Part shown: positions 1-13,329 of the stretch, piece by piece
Layout: the number at the start of each line of letters is the position of its first letter
Position numbering within the stretch: position 1 is the stretch's first letter
From: Nemertoderma westbladi
Taxonomy: Eukaryota; Animalia; Xenacoelomorpha
Reading direction: 5' to 3'
Assembly (NCBI GenBank): GCA_032718475.1
Contig: JAUCBJ010007509.1
Span: 1 to 64,000 of the forward strand
Length of the DNA: 64,000 bases
Program-made: the position numbers and the translations under genes
Notes under the pieces: model-generated
Databases searched by the model: none
Told to the model about the DNA's origin: nothing
What the model saw: only the letters and a program-made list of their open reading frames with translations

Positions 1-903
1 ATCTTCACTGATTTTAGTCACATATAAAAGGAACACAGGCTGACTCATGTAGGGTCTATCAAATAACATTAGATTCACTTCAAACCACTTTAACATAAGT
101 CACAATCGTTATTGGTAACCTTTCTCTCTTACCTTCGGTATATCAAGAATATTGGGTTTCGGGGTTATTTATCGTTATTCCAAATATAATAATTCATCAA
201 CCATATTATGAAGAACTGACAGTAAATAGCAGTATAAAACAATAACTGAACACTGATTGTTATGAGTTTGCAATGTTTCAGCAGTCAGTATGTATGATCA
301 GTTAGCAGTCCGTTAAAGGATATATGTCCTTGTAATTAAACCTACTAGTGTTGAGCTAAAAAGCATAAAACATAAAATACTACAAAGCCGTTCTTTCGTG
401 GCTTTGAAAAACTCGTGACTACTGCTCTATACGAGGATACCAACTCCCTTATTCCACGAAGCTCCCGTTCAACACAGAGAAAGAGCAGTGAGATAGGAAA
501 TTTTCAGTTCAGTGCTCTGTGATAGGTCGAAATCAAGGCTAACTCAAATTCTATTGGGAGATACAACACAAGGCTATGACGCAACCTCCCTAGGCTTGTT
601 GGCCGATTAAACAGAGCCCAGATGCCTGCGTATAGCAAATCAGCCAATAAGCTGGTAACTTGCACTATTTTTAGTTATAGATCACTTTGAGAGTATTCTT
701 AGCGACTGGGGGGGAACTGGCCAACAAGGCAAACTAATCAGTTATCCCACAAAAGCTTTTACATTTTTTGAGGTTGTGTAACTGTGTTTTAAATCCGTGC
801 TTGTTGTGAAGGCTTACGAGTAACTCGCAGCAGTAATTGTGATATGGCAGAACTGTAGATTTGTAAATATTTAGTTTTGTTTTATTTGTTAACTGTCCTT
901 TAA

Positions 904-2493
904 CCCTATTAGTACCGGGCTATAAAATGTTGTACAAATACCGGGGGGGGGGGGGGGGGAGGGGGGGTCATATTGACCCCTCCCCCGCCCCCCACCCCCC
1001 CGCCACCCTCTAAAATCTACAAATTTTTACAAAAACGTCTGATTTTTTGTTTGTACGTAGATATCACTAGTTAAGATCGTTCGAAAAGAAAAAATGTACT
1101 GGAGTGGTTATAATGCAGCACCAAAATTACAAGTAGTGCACAATTTTCTCAAAATTTGAAAGTTACATTTTTCGGCTAATTGTTTTTCAATACAGGTATT
1201 CTGGGGCGCAAAATACATTGGAAAATATTTTAAAATGATATGCTCACTATAAATGGCTGTTTAGTCCTCTCTGCGTAGGAAAAAAAAACGAAAAAAACAA
1301 GTAACCAGCACTTTTCAGTTAAAACACAAAATTTTTAATTCACTTATACTATGATATAAATTCACATTTTCAGGTTTTCTAGGGCGCTGATTCTAATGGA
1401 ATACATTTCTAAAATGCCCCATCATTGCTACTTGTATTTTTCGGCGTAATTTGGCAAATTTTGGTGCTAGGACCAAATTTCGTACCCATCACCAAAAAGT
1501 ACAAGTTTGCGATGTCCAGTGATGTTTTTATTGATTCCATCGGATTCAGGACCCTCATAAACCCGTATAACGCCATAAACAAGATGATACTATCTACTGA
1601 TCAATTTGCTTATTTTCCAAAATTTGGTGCTGGCACAACAATTTTCACCCACCGGCGAAAAATACAAGTTTGAAAACTCGTATGAAATTTTTACTGATTC
1701 CATTGAATTCAGAACCCTCACAAACCCGTATAACGCAAGAAACAAGGTGACACAATCAATTTATATATTTGATGGTTTTCAAAATTTGGTGCTAGCACCA
1801 CATTTTGCACCCACTTCCGAAAAATACAAGTTTGAGATGCCTAGTTCGAAAATTATATATTCCATTCAATTCAGAATAGCCATAAACCTCTAAAACACAA
1901 GAAATATATTGTCACAAACAATTTTATCAATTGAATGAATTTTCAAAATTTCGTGCTAGCGCCAAAATTTGCACCCACCACCGAAAAATACAAGTTTGAT
2001 ACGCTTGGTGCAACTCGTATATATTTCATCGAAACCAGAACCCCAAAAAACCCCAATTGCGTAAAAAACAAGTTTCACACAATCAATTTACAAAATTGAC
2101 ATATTTCAAAATTTGGTGCTGGCACCAAAAATTGGCACCCGCCGAAAAAAACAAGTTTGAAATTTCTAAATCAATTTATATGTATTCCATCCAATTGCTA
2201 ACACCAAAAAACCGGTGTAAATCAAAAATAGAGATGTTACAAATCATATTTAATGAAATGTAATTTTCAAAAAACGTCTCAAAAAAAAGTGCCAAAAGTA
2301 GGGTTAAAAAATGGTGCTATAACTCGAAAACTACCCAATATTTTTGAAAACGGTTTTCTCTACTAGGAAGACAATAGATTTTTAGGAAAAGTCATAAAAT
2401 TTCAGATTCCCAACTGCGTTTGTTTCAGAATTATAATAAAAAAACCACGGGGGGGGGGTCATATTGACCCCCCCCCCCCCTGGTTTAATAGGG
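904..2493. mobile_element. Non-autonomous piggyBac-type DNA transposon, copy 1
   Basis: TTAA at 900-903 and 2494-2497; termini CCCTATTA...TAATAGGG; GGGGTCATATTGACCCC subterminal palindromes at both ends; internal ~163-bp tandem subrepeats; no coding capacity. Confidence 0.8.
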
Positions 2494-2771
2494 TTAAGCA
2501 CCGAGGCCCTACGTCGAATCTCTGTTTGACTATTTTAGTTTGTACTGTATACTGTACTGATTAATTCAGTCTATGCAGCAGTTATAGTAATTAGTAATAA
2601 AGTGTACAGTGCAACATTATCATTCACTTCACTTCACAAATTGCCGTGTCTTCCCTCTAACCTACCAGCTATAACTGACTATACTTAATATCTCTACTAA
2701 GTTTGATATACTTACTTTTTCTGAGACATTTAGTAGTGACTTAACAGACATTCTGAACTTAGATACCTTAA

Positions 2772-4295
2772 CCCTATTAGATATGAAACCTATAAAAATG
2801 TTGTACAAATACCGGGGGGTCATGGTAACTCCTCCTTCTAAAATCAACAAATTTGTTTGTACGTAGATCTCACTAGTCCGAATCCGACCGAAAAAAAACA
2901 ATTTAGAAAAAAATTACTGGGGTGATTATTTTGCTACACCAAAATTACAAGTATTGAACAATTTTCATAAAATTTGAAAGTTATAATTTTCGGCTAATTG
3001 TTTTTCAATACAGGTTTTCTGGGGCGCAAAATCCATTGGAAAGTGTTTAAAATCATCTGATTACTAAATGGTTGTTTTAGTCCTTTACTTAGGCAAAAAA
3101 TGAAAAAAACAAGTAACCAGCACTTTTTAGTTTGAACACAAAATTATCAATTCGCTTATACGATGCTATAAATTCACATTTTTAGGTTTTCTGGGGCGCT
3201 GATTCTAATGGAATGCATTTCTAATTTGCTAGATCAATTCTAATTATATTTTTCGGCATAATAAGGAAAATTTTGGTGCTAGCACCAAATTTCGTAGCCA
3301 TCACCAAAAAGTACATGTTTGAGATGTCCAGTGCTGTTTTTATTGATTCCTTCGGATTCAGAACCCCCATAATCCCGTATCACGCAAGAAACAAGATGAT
3401 ACTATCTATTGATCAATTTGCTTATTTTCTAAAATTTGGTGCTGGCACAACAATTTTCACCCACCGGCGAAAAATACAAGTTTGAAAACTCTTATGAAAT
3501 TTTTACTGATTCCATTGAATTCAGAACCCTCACAAACCCGTATAACGCAAGAAACAAGGTGACACAATTAATTGATATATTTGATGATTTTCAAAATTTG
3601 GTGCTAGCACCACATTTTGCACCCACTTCCGAAAAACACAAGTTAGAGATGTCTAGTTCGATAATTATATTCCATTGAATTCAGAACAGCCATAAACCTC
3701 TAAAACTCATTGAATTATTTCCAACTCATTGAATGGATTTTAAAAATTTCGTGCTGGCGCCAAATTTTGCATCACAGCACCGAAAAATACAAGTTTGATA
3801 CGCTTGGTGCAACTCGTATATATTTCATCGAAACCAGAACCCCAAAAAACCCCAATTGCGTAAAAAACAAGTTTCACACAATCAATTTACAAAATTGACA
3901 TATTTCAAAATTTGGTGCTGGCACCAAAAATTGGCACCCGCCGAAAAAAACAAGTTTGAAATTTCTAAATCAATTTATATGTATTCCATCCAATTGCTAA
4001 CACCAAAAAACCGGTGTAAATCAAAAATAGAGATGTTACAAATCATATTTAATGAAATGTAATTTTCAAAAAACGTCTCAAAAAAAGTGCCAAAAGTAGG
4101 GTTAAAAAATGGTGCTATAACTCGAAAACTACCCAATATTTTTGAAAACGGTTTTCTCTACTAGGAAGACAATAGATTTTTAGGAAAAGTCATAAAATTT
4201 CAGATTCCCAACTGCGTTTGTTTCAGAATTATAATAAAAAAACCACGGGGGGGGGGGGGGGTCATATTGACCCCCCCCCACCTGGTTTAATAGGG
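2772..4295. mobile_element. Non-autonomous piggyBac-type DNA transposon, copy 2 (chimeric)
   Basis: TTAA at 2768-2771 and 4296-4299; same termini; 5' half matches copy 3 and 3' half matches copy 1. Confidence 0.8.
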
Positions 4296-4401
4296 TTAAG
4301 CACCGAGGCCCTACGTCGAATCTCTGTTTGACTATTTTAGTTTGTACTGTATACTGTACTGATTAATTCAGTCTATGCAGCAGTTATAGTAATTAGTAAT
4401 A

Positions 4402-6618
4402 CTACTAGGATCGGCATGCTGCATTGCAGCTGCATTTTTAAGAATGCTGTGCCGGCTTGTCAACAAAATTGCACCGCCACAACTCCCTATCACCCATGAC
4501 ATTTGCTAGATCATCCGCATCTTTAAGGCCAGTGTCCTTTAAGATGCGTCTCAAGAAAGTCATGGGCTGTCCACCATGCTTATTTACTCCATGAGGCTGC
4601 CAAAGTACAAGATTATGCACTGGCTGGTCCTCACGGCGAAAGCAATGTCCTGCAAAGCGGAGGCGATTTTGTTCTAGTGTCAAGCTTGGGGGAACCAATG
4701 AGACACCTCCAATGTTATATAGTGTCTGGTTGGAGATGTGTGCATTGTACTTGACACAATGTACCCGGCGTAGCATTCTTGTGAATGTGCCATCCAGAGA
4801 TTTGGTGTCCTCAGCAGTTAGAGCCCAGCATGGACTCCCGTAGAGGAGTACTGGAACTACTGCTGCTCTAAATAATCGGACCTTAAGTTTCCGATTAATT
4901 CTAGGTGACTTCCAAATCCTGGAAAGCCTATTCAAGGCTGCCCATGCCTTTCCCTTACGTATTCGAAGGTCCTCACCTGACTTCCGGATCCATGATCCCA
5001 GGTAACAGAAGTCGTCCACATGCTCAAGCATACCATCCTTTGAGCTTATGCTCATCCGATCAGAGACTTGCTGAGGACTTTCAAAGTTAACTGTCAGAAT
5101 TTTGGTCTTTCTGGAGTTAATAAAAAGACCAACACTAGAAGCAGCATGTTCTAATGAGCTGAGGAGCCGCTGGGCTCCCTCTAATGATTCTGAGAGTACT
5201 CCTAAGTCATCAGCAAAGTCTAGATCAGTTAGGTACTTGGCAGGATTTCCTCGACTTCTGGAGCCAGTAGGTGGAGTTATCATCACCCCATCATCATTAT
5301 GATGATCTAAGGACATGCGTAGAACATAGTCAACCACAATAATGAACAAGAATGGTGCAAGTGTGTCTCCTTGGAGGACGCCCCATAACACTTCAAATGG
5401 TTCTGTGTCACCGTCAACAGTAGACACAAATGTTGTCGAACCATCGTATACTGATCTGATTGCTGCAATAATTTCATCAGGAATCCCATATAATGAAAGT
5501 ATGCTGAACATACGTGAGCGAGAGACTGAATCAAAGGCCTTGAAGAAGTCAACAAAGATAACAGCCAGATGCCTGTCTTTCTTTTTTGATAACTCTTCAA
5601 TTATCCTTCTAAGTGCCAAAATGGGCTCCATGGTCCCACGACCTTTACGGAACCCATTCTGATTTCCACGTAGCAGTCTCTCAATGGGATCCCTGATGCG
5701 ATTTAATAGAATTCTATTGTATAGTTTTGCAGCAATCGAGATCAATGAGATTCCCCGAAAAGAACCATAGAGTGTTAGGTTGCCCTTCTTGGGAACTGGC
5801 ACCAACTTATTTGTTTTCATTTCTTGTGGGACTCTTGTTGTACGGTACATGTCTACTATGATGGGATAGATGAGCTTTAAACACTCAGGTATTTTAAAGA
5901 CCTCAGGGGGAACACTATCTACTCCACTGGCACGATTGGTCTTAATGCTCTTTGCAGCAGCCTTCACTTCTGCAAAGGAGATATCGCCAATGGGAATATC
6001 TGGGAGTACAGACTCAGACACTTTTACTTCTATAAAGTTATCAGGCAATACCCTGTCATTATTGAGGAGCTTTTCAAAGTGGGCTTTCCAACCATTGAGG
6101 CGATCGGCTGGTGATTCAGCCTTAACCTTGGTGGTTGGTTGGCTTTTCCGCCCAGTAAGCAGATTGATCGATTTCCATGCCTGGGATGATTGCCTGCTGT
6201 CGTCAGCATCATTGATGGCATCAACCTGTTGGTTTATTAGCTCCTGTAGATTAACAGAGTACTGCCTGTTCAGGGATCTAGATGCAGCTTTAACTGCATT
6301 CTTGGCCGCTGTAGTCTGTTTGAGTCGGGACTCTTTCTGCGCCTTATGAAGGTCATTTCGGCACTTCTGAATTTTGTTGTCAGTCCAGGGGGCCCTTTTC
6401 CTGTTTCGAGGGTATACAGGAACTGTTTCTGCAGCTGCTAACTTAACTGCTTCTGTAAAGGCAGTATAGCCCTCACAGTGATCTGCCGCCTCAGAGGCAA
6501 GAGCCTCATACCTGTTGCTCAGCTGTAGTGTGAAGCTGGATCTCACACTTGGCTGTTGCAACAGAGAGGACCAGTCATGCCGTGGCAAGGCAGATTTCGT
6601 ATTATAGTATTAGTGATA
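4402..6618 (-). mobile_element. 5'-truncated RTE-clade non-LTR retrotransposon
   Basis: 12-bp TSD TAATTAGTAATA (4390-4401, 6619-6630); short (TAG)n tail at the 3' end on the minus strand; the empty site is visible in the duplicated spacer near 2588. Confidence 0.9.
4438..6588 (-). CDS. RTE-type reverse transcriptase (APE endonuclease lost by 5' truncation)
   Basis: 716-aa open ORF with FRGISLIS, QNGFR, VDFFKAFDSV, QGDTLAPFLF, DFADD, FCYLGS and the RTE C-terminal RLRFAGHC motif. Confidence 0.92.
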   Translation of the reverse strand: MPRHDWSSLLQQPSVRSSFTLQLSNRYEALASEAADHCEGYTAFTEAVKLAAAETVPVYPRNRKRAPWTDNKIQKCRNDLHKAQKESRLKQTTAAKNAVKAASRSLNRQYSVNLQELINQQVDAINDADDSRQSSQAWKSINLLTGRKSQPTTKVKAESPADRLNGWKAHFEKLLNNDRVLPDNFIEVKVSESVLPDIPIGDISFAEVKAAAKSIKTNRASGVDSVPPEVFKIPECLKLIYPIIVDMYRTTRVPQEMKTNKLVPVPKKGNLTLYGSFRGISLISIAAKLYNRILLNRIRDPIERLLRGNQNGFRKGRGTMEPILALRRIIEELSKKKDRHLAVIFVDFFKAFDSVSRSRMFSILSLYGIPDEIIAAIRSVYDGSTTFVSTVDGDTEPFEVLWGVLQGDTLAPFLFIIVVDYVLRMSLDHHNDDGVMITPPTGSRSRGNPAKYLTDLDFADDLGVLSESLEGAQRLLSSLEHAASSVGLFINSRKTKILTVNFESPQQVSDRMSISSKDGMLEHVDDFCYLGSWIRKSGEDLRIRKGKAWAALNRLSRIWKSPRINRKLKVRLFRAAVVPVLLYGSPCWALTAEDTKSLDGTFTRMLRRVHCVKYNAHISNQTLYNIGGVSLVPPSLTLEQNRLRFAGHCFRREDQPVHNLVLWQPHGVNKHGGQPMTFLRRILKDTGLKDADDLANVMGDRELWRCNFVDKPAQHS

Positions 6619-6803
6619 TAATTAGTAATAAAGTGTACAGTACAACATTATCATTCACTTCACTTCACAAATTGCCGTAGTCTTCCCTCTAACCTACCAG
6701 CTATAACTGACTATACTTAATATCTCTACTAAGTTTGATATACTTACTTTTTCTGAGACATTTAGTAGTGACTTAACAGACATTCTGAACTTAGATACCT
6801 TAA

Positions 6804-8322
6804 CCCTATTAGATATGAAACCTATAAAAATGTTGTACAAATACCGGGGGGTCATGGTAACTCCTCCTTCTAAAATCAACAAATTTGTTTGTACGTAGAT
6901 CTCACTAGTCCGAATCCGACCGAAAAAAAACAATTTAGAAAAAAATTACTGGGGTGATTATTTTGCTACACCAAAATTACAAGTATTGAACAATTTTCAT
7001 AAAATTTGAAAGTTATAATTTTCGGCTAATTGTTTTTTAATACAGGTTTTCTGGGGAGCAAAATCCATTGGAAAGTGTTTAAAATCATCTGATTACTAAA
7101 TGGTTGTTTTAGTCCTTTACTTAGGCAAAAAATGAAAAAAACAAGTAACCAGCACTTTTTAGTTTGAACACAAAATTATCAATTCGCTTATACGATGCTA
7201 TAAATTCACATTTTTAGGTTTTCTGGGGCGCTGATTCTAATGGAATGCATTTCTAATTTGCTAGATCAATTCTAATTATATTTTTCGGCATAATAAGGCA
7301 AATTTTGGTGCTAGCACCAAATTTCGTAGCCATCACCAAAAAGTACATGTTTGAGATGTCCAGTGCTGTTTTTATTGATTCCTTCGGATTCAGGACCCCC
7401 ATAATCCCGTATCACGCAAGAAACAAGATGATACTATCTATTGATCAATTTTCTTATTTTCTAAAATTTGGTGCTGGCACAACAATTTTCACCCACCGGC
7501 GAAAAATACAAGTTTGAAAACTCTTATGAAATTTTTACTGATTCCATTGAATTCAGAACCCTCACAAACCCGTATAACGCAAGAAACAAGGTGACACAAT
7601 TAATTGATATATTTGATGATTTTCAAAATTTGGTGCTAGCACCACATTTTGCACCCACTTCCGAAAAACACAAGTTAGAGATGTCTAGTTCGATAATTAT
7701 ATTCCATTGAATTCAGAACAGCCATAAACCTCTAAAACTATTGAATTATTTAACTATTGAATGGATTTTAAAAATTTCGTGCTGGCACCAAATTTTCACA
7801 CAGCACCGAAAAATACAAGTTTGATACGCTTGGTGTAACTCGTATATATTCCAACAAAACGAGAACCCCAAAAAACCCCAATTGCGTAAAAAACAAGTTT
7901 CAAACAATCAATTTACAAAATTGACATATTTCAAAATTTGGTGCTGGCACCAAAATTTGGCACCCGCCGAAAAAAACAAGTTTAAAATTTCTAAAATAAT
8001 TTATTGGAATTCCACCCAATTGCTAACACCAAAAAACAGGTGTAAATCAAAAATAGAGATGTTACAAATCATATTTAATGAAATGTAATTTTCAAAAAAC
8101 GTCTCAAAAAAGTGCCAAAAGCAGGGTTAAAAAATGGTGCTATAACTCGAAAACTACTCAATATTTTTGAAAACGGTTTTCACTACCTACTAGGAAGACA
8201 ATAGATTTTTAGGAAAAGATATAAAATTTCAGATTCCCTACTGCGTTTGTTTCAGAATTATAATAAAAAAACCACAGGGGGGGGGGGGGGGGGTCATGAC
8301 CCGCCCCCCGCGTTTAATAGGG
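6804..8322. mobile_element. Non-autonomous piggyBac-type DNA transposon, copy 3
   Basis: TTAA at 6800-6803 and 8323-8326; CCCTATTA...TAATAGGG termini. Confidence 0.8.
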
Positions 8323-8329
8323 TTAATCT

Positions 8330-10900
8330 GTCTTAAGCCAGATATTGCCTGTGTCATTTTGATTTGTTATTGTCCGTATGTGTTCCCCCCACTCCAATCT
8401 ATTGTCAATAAATACACCAAGTTATTTTATATGATCCGACTGTTTTATTATTGTTTTTGAATCATTTGCTAGATCGAGGCTAATTTCACCTGTTTCTGGT
8501 GTCCTAGGTGCTAATGACATAAAGTTTTTTTCAGTTTTTTGATTGTTTAAATAAAGATGCAGCGAAGAGAAAATATTTTCTAGTTTATTTATTTGTTGAG
8601 ATAGTAAGTTTACAAATTCTTGTTTATTTTTATGTGCGGAGTATATTAAAGTATCATCCGCGAACTGTACCATGTTGAGATCAGTTGTAGAGACTAAAGA
8701 GTTTACATACATTCGAAATATAATTGGACCTTGTGAGTGAACCCTTGTGGAACGTGGGATTTGTTCCCATGTAGGTAGAAGTGGTCCCATTAACTTTCAC
8801 CCTTTGAAATCGAGGAATGAGAAAATTACTTATCATGCTAACAACGGTGCTGTGGAAGTTCAATTCTTGTAATTTAATTAATAGTTATGGAGTGGTTCAG
8901 GGATTTAAAAGCCCTGCTGATATCTAGGGCCACTATTATTGCTACGTATTCTCCTTTATTTAGATTACCGCACCATGTTTCTGTAGCATAGATTATGGCA
9001 TCCCTTGTTGGATATGATTTGCAAAATCCAAATTGTGTAGTACGTAATAGATTATATTTATTTAATTATTGTATTTTGTATTATTTGTATGTAAAATACT
9101 TTTTCGAATATTTTGTCAAAAGTGGATGTAACGGATATAGGTCTATAATTTTCGGGATCATCGATTTATCCCCTTTTGTACACAGGTGTATTTTCGGCAA
9201 ATTTTAATTTATAAGGAAATACTGAGCGAGTAATAGATTGATTTATTATATGCGTGAGTGGGAATACTATTTTTGGTGAAAGTATTTTGATTTCTTTAGG
9301 AGTATGGATGACGGGCCGGGTGATCTACTGTGATTATGTCTATATTTTTGAAACTGAAGACGACATTTTTGGTAAATCCGTATTTACATAATTTTGAATA
9401 TTGGTTGCAATATTTGTTATCCCCATAAACTTACCCATAGCCAAATATGTTTTGTTAAATAGCTTAGCAATTCCTAGTTTATCTTTGATCAAATTATTGT
9501 TTTGTTTATCCTTCAATTCAGAAATATGACAAACCTTAGCATTCATATTTAGGATGTTATTAAATATCTTCCACTTATCTCCCGGGTATTTGGTTCCTGA
9601 AAATTTATATCTAATATATTTGTTTTTTAACTGTTAGGTCATGGCGTTGAAACTGTTTCGGCTTAATTTAAATTTTGCATAATTTTCGATTGTTTTATCA
9701 TTTCGCCATTCTCCAAAGTTTATTTTTTTAATATTGCATAAGTTTTGTAATTTATCATTCCACCAAAATGGCTGCAATACTCGTTTGTTTTTATTACCTG
9801 GCGAAATTAATTTCCGCCGGATCGGTGCATGTTTATTTAGGGCTTTTAAAATTTGACTCTTGAAAAATTAATATGCTTCATTGACATCTGTGATTTGGTA
9901 AATATTACTCCAATTAATTTTATTTAAATCAGTAAGAAATGCATTCTCGTTAAATTCAGTGAAATCGCGAAATTCCTTCCATGTTTTGGTTTTAATGTCC
10001 GTGTTGTTATTATTTATTTTGGTGCTTTTTGCAATTACGAATTCGTGGTCTGAAAAATCACAAAATGCTACCATTAAATCTGTTATAAATCATTTTGTTG
10101 TGATAAAGATCTATTAATGAGTTATTTGTTTTTCCATATCTAGTGGGTTGTGTTTTATCTGGTATAACCAAGTTGTATAGTGCAATTAATGTATCTAAAT
10201 TGTCAGAATTGATATCGCGGTGAAGTCATCAATATTGAGGTCCTCCATGATAATTATCTTGTCCCGGTCACTGTTAATAGCGTTCTCTATTTCTTCAGTA
10301 AAATTTACAAGAAAGACTGGTGCTATTTTTTTGGAGCTATTTTTCATTTACAATCTCGACCCAGAGGGATTAATGAGGAACATTCAGGTTTGGTTTAATA
10401 ACGGCCATTTGAAGCTAACATTTCATTTTGGAAGGGACATACAAAACGACTCCTCCACCCTTTCGGCGCTTGCGGTCTTGTCTGTAGATAATAGATTAGG
10501 AGATATATAAATTAAGAGTTTATTATTTCAGAACTTGACAGCTTAGAAATGCCTATTGAATTTATAAACTTTTATAGAGTGGACTTATATTTTATGCCAT
10601 AAACGAGTTCGGATAGCACCTGTTTGCAATATTAGTTTTCTTGCACATATATTAATTATTCTCTAACCGTTAGATCCATAACAATTGATGATTGACACTT
10701 TTTTGTTTTATAGTCAGGTTTCTGTTTTATATCAGCCCAAGCAATTTTCTTCGTTACGTTGGTATTCCTAAAGTTAACAAACGAATTATTAATTAGTAAT
10801 TAAGGCGGAGGTGCTTGATTTGAAACTAAATTCACATCCCTATTTTTACATAAACTTATCTTTTTACATTTCAGATGACGTAGAACTGAATTATATCTAT
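8330..10900 (-). pseudogene. Degenerate CR1/L2-like LINE ORF2 (endonuclease plus RT)
   Basis: Fragmented frames: FSDHEFV (end of APE), FLTDLNKINWSNIYQITDVNEAY, RFQRVKVNG, QGP..F..Y.N, QFADDT; boundaries approximate. Confidence 0.75.
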
Positions 10901-11335
10901 AATGGGAATATTATCTCACAGAGTGGAATGGAATAGTATAACTCGTAATTATCATGGATATAATATTGTGGTTATAAATAAGTGAACGAAGTTTCGAACG
11001 TTATTAAACGAAGTTTGAAGGATGAACAAATATACTGAATGTAATAAAATACCTTTTCTTGATACTTTTACACGAATGGCGTTTATAATCGATAATGCCC
11101 ATAAACAATATGGTGATGAAGTTTAGGAACAAACAGACAAGAACGTAGCCCTGGGTGGCCGACCATTTACCAGGTGGATGTGTAGCGAATACTCGTGAGT
11201 TAATCCGAATCATGCTGAAAGTGAAACAAAAAACAAGAAATTTATTTATAATAAAGGTAATCGAAATAGTTTGAATATAGTAAGTGTACAGTAAACTCGC
11301 AGGCAGTGAACATCGGTTTCGGATGTGGGTTCAAC

Positions 11336-11650
11336 ATTTTGGTGCTAGCACGAAAACTTGCCATATTACGCCAAAATTATGCCAATAAATACCACTTGAA
11401 TTGAGCTGAGCATTTGAAAAGTACGACACTAGAATCCATTTTCCTCAGAAAACGTAAAAGGTGAAATTATAGCATATTATTTATTATAACTCAATTCAAA
11501 ATTTTTGGATCAAACTGAAAAGTGCTGGATATTTGATTTTTTCATTTTTTGCCTACATAGAGGCCTGAAAATGCCATTTATATTACTGTAGTAAACAGAT
11601 GAATTTAAAAACGTCTTCAAGGGGATTCAGCCCCCCAATAAACCAATATA
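11336..11650 (-). mobile_element. Diverged internal fragment of the piggyBac-type non-autonomous family
   Basis: Reverse complement resembles 1180-1470 (GGTGCTAGCAC, CCAGCACTTTTCAGTT, TAAATGG motifs). Confidence 0.6.
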
Positions 11651-11721
11651 CATTAACTACAGAACTAGGAGGTCTAACTCATAACTGCCTAATTAATATT
11701 TATTAATTTGTTATTGTTGTA

Positions 11722-12300
11722 TTGGCAACAATGATGACGTCAGTGTCTCGGAGAAGTCAGTCAGGAAACGGGATAACGACAGCCGACACGTATGATGTAC
11801 TACAGGACAGGGAGGATGGGAGGTCAACTAGTGACAGGAGTTCTGAAGGCGAGGCTTCTGTCTCAAGTGGGGAAACAGGAATGATTATTGTCAACCCAGT
11901 GCTATGCCTGTTACTTTATGGGTTGTCGACTTGTGCTTTTGCAGTAACAACCGAAGTTTATTTAAAACGATATACCCCAGAAGAAATACTGGAAAGCTAA
12001 TTCTCTTCTTTTCAACAATATTGGGGTTTGCAGACAAATATTTGGGGAGTTACATTACAGACGGGATACAAAAGAGAGACCAACAGCGTTCACTAATCTA
12101 CAAGATATATATACAAGAATCTTTCCAAATATGATAATTCAGATAAGCTGCCCACAATTGCAGTTAGATTCGTTATCATTACCGGTACTAGTTTCCAGTG
12201 ATAAAGTTATGGAAACGGAATGTTACTCTCAGTTATCACTCATTACTGATAAATTAACATCACTTGAAGCCAAAAAGTCAGTCTATGGGATAGATTTATA
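11722..12300 (+). pseudogene. Possible LINE ORF1-like remnant
   Basis: IIVNPVLCLL...YTPEEILES resembles the N-terminal domain of CR1/Crack-type ORF1 proteins; reading frame is broken. Confidence 0.3.
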
Positions 12301-13329
12301 AAAACGGATACCTCAGAAGTATGTTGTTGGAATAGGTGACAGGGTGGTACCGGTACCAGAAGTGGAGAACCTGTAAACCTCTAACATTTGAGGTTACAGC
12401 CGGGAACATCATGCTTATGTACCATGAAGAAGCGGGGAAGGCGAGCTTTTGAATAAACTTTCGAGATCTAGCAAAGGCCCTACACTCTTCTACATGGCAC
12501 ACTGGTGTCTGTCACAAATTCCAATTGTCAATTAATACAAATTCCAACAATGATTCTACTAGTAGTAGTAGTAGCATCACTTCCCATCCAGATACTGCAG
12601 TATCATAATTCTACAGGTGCTGCTTGCAATGACATATTATTGGCGATATTGTGATTTTTCTTACAACTCCATTGATGTACACGAGGTCAGTAACACTGTC
12701 TTGATAACCTAGAATTAATAACAATTTGGGATATATTTCATGGATATTATATGTTTAGTTGTAACAATTTAAATAATTTTTATACATCGACTATCAATCA
12801 TTGTTTTAGCACAGATCATTTTCGACATTGGGCGAGGTGATCGAATCTATAGCAATTGCCATGTGAAGCTGGAACATAATGAACAGCTGGTTCCATTACC
12901 AGAGTGGTTCCTTAAAGCCACTAACAATGCCTGTAAGTTGAGCAACAATACCCAGGTCGAAAATTTCGGTATATATTTGAGAAATATGTTTGTCCCAGTT
13001 TGACTACTCTGCTATCTTCTATGATATTTAATATTATGGACATATATTATGGACTTAAATTATATATATATTATGGACAAATAGGGTCAACTGCCATATT
13101 CTCACAATGTGTAATTCGTTTTGCATTGAAAATGAGTTATACTTTTAGACAAGCTTATAAACTAATCGATGGCGAAATTTAATTGCCGTCGCTAACTCTA
13201 CTTAATAATCTTCAGAAATTATATTTTATTTATATTTCACGTCAAGCTACTAATAGTAAAAAATGTAAGCGGATTCAGTTCCGCTGCATTACCCTCATAA
13301 ATGGGAAGTGGCACCTTTTTTCAGTAACA

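Noticed and set aside
4905-6349. Plus-strand ORFs overlapping the RTE
   Set aside because: Antisense shadows of the RT reading frame
1425-8088. Short repeated ORFs in the piggyBac-type copies
   Set aside because: Translations of non-coding internal repeats; no transposase motifs
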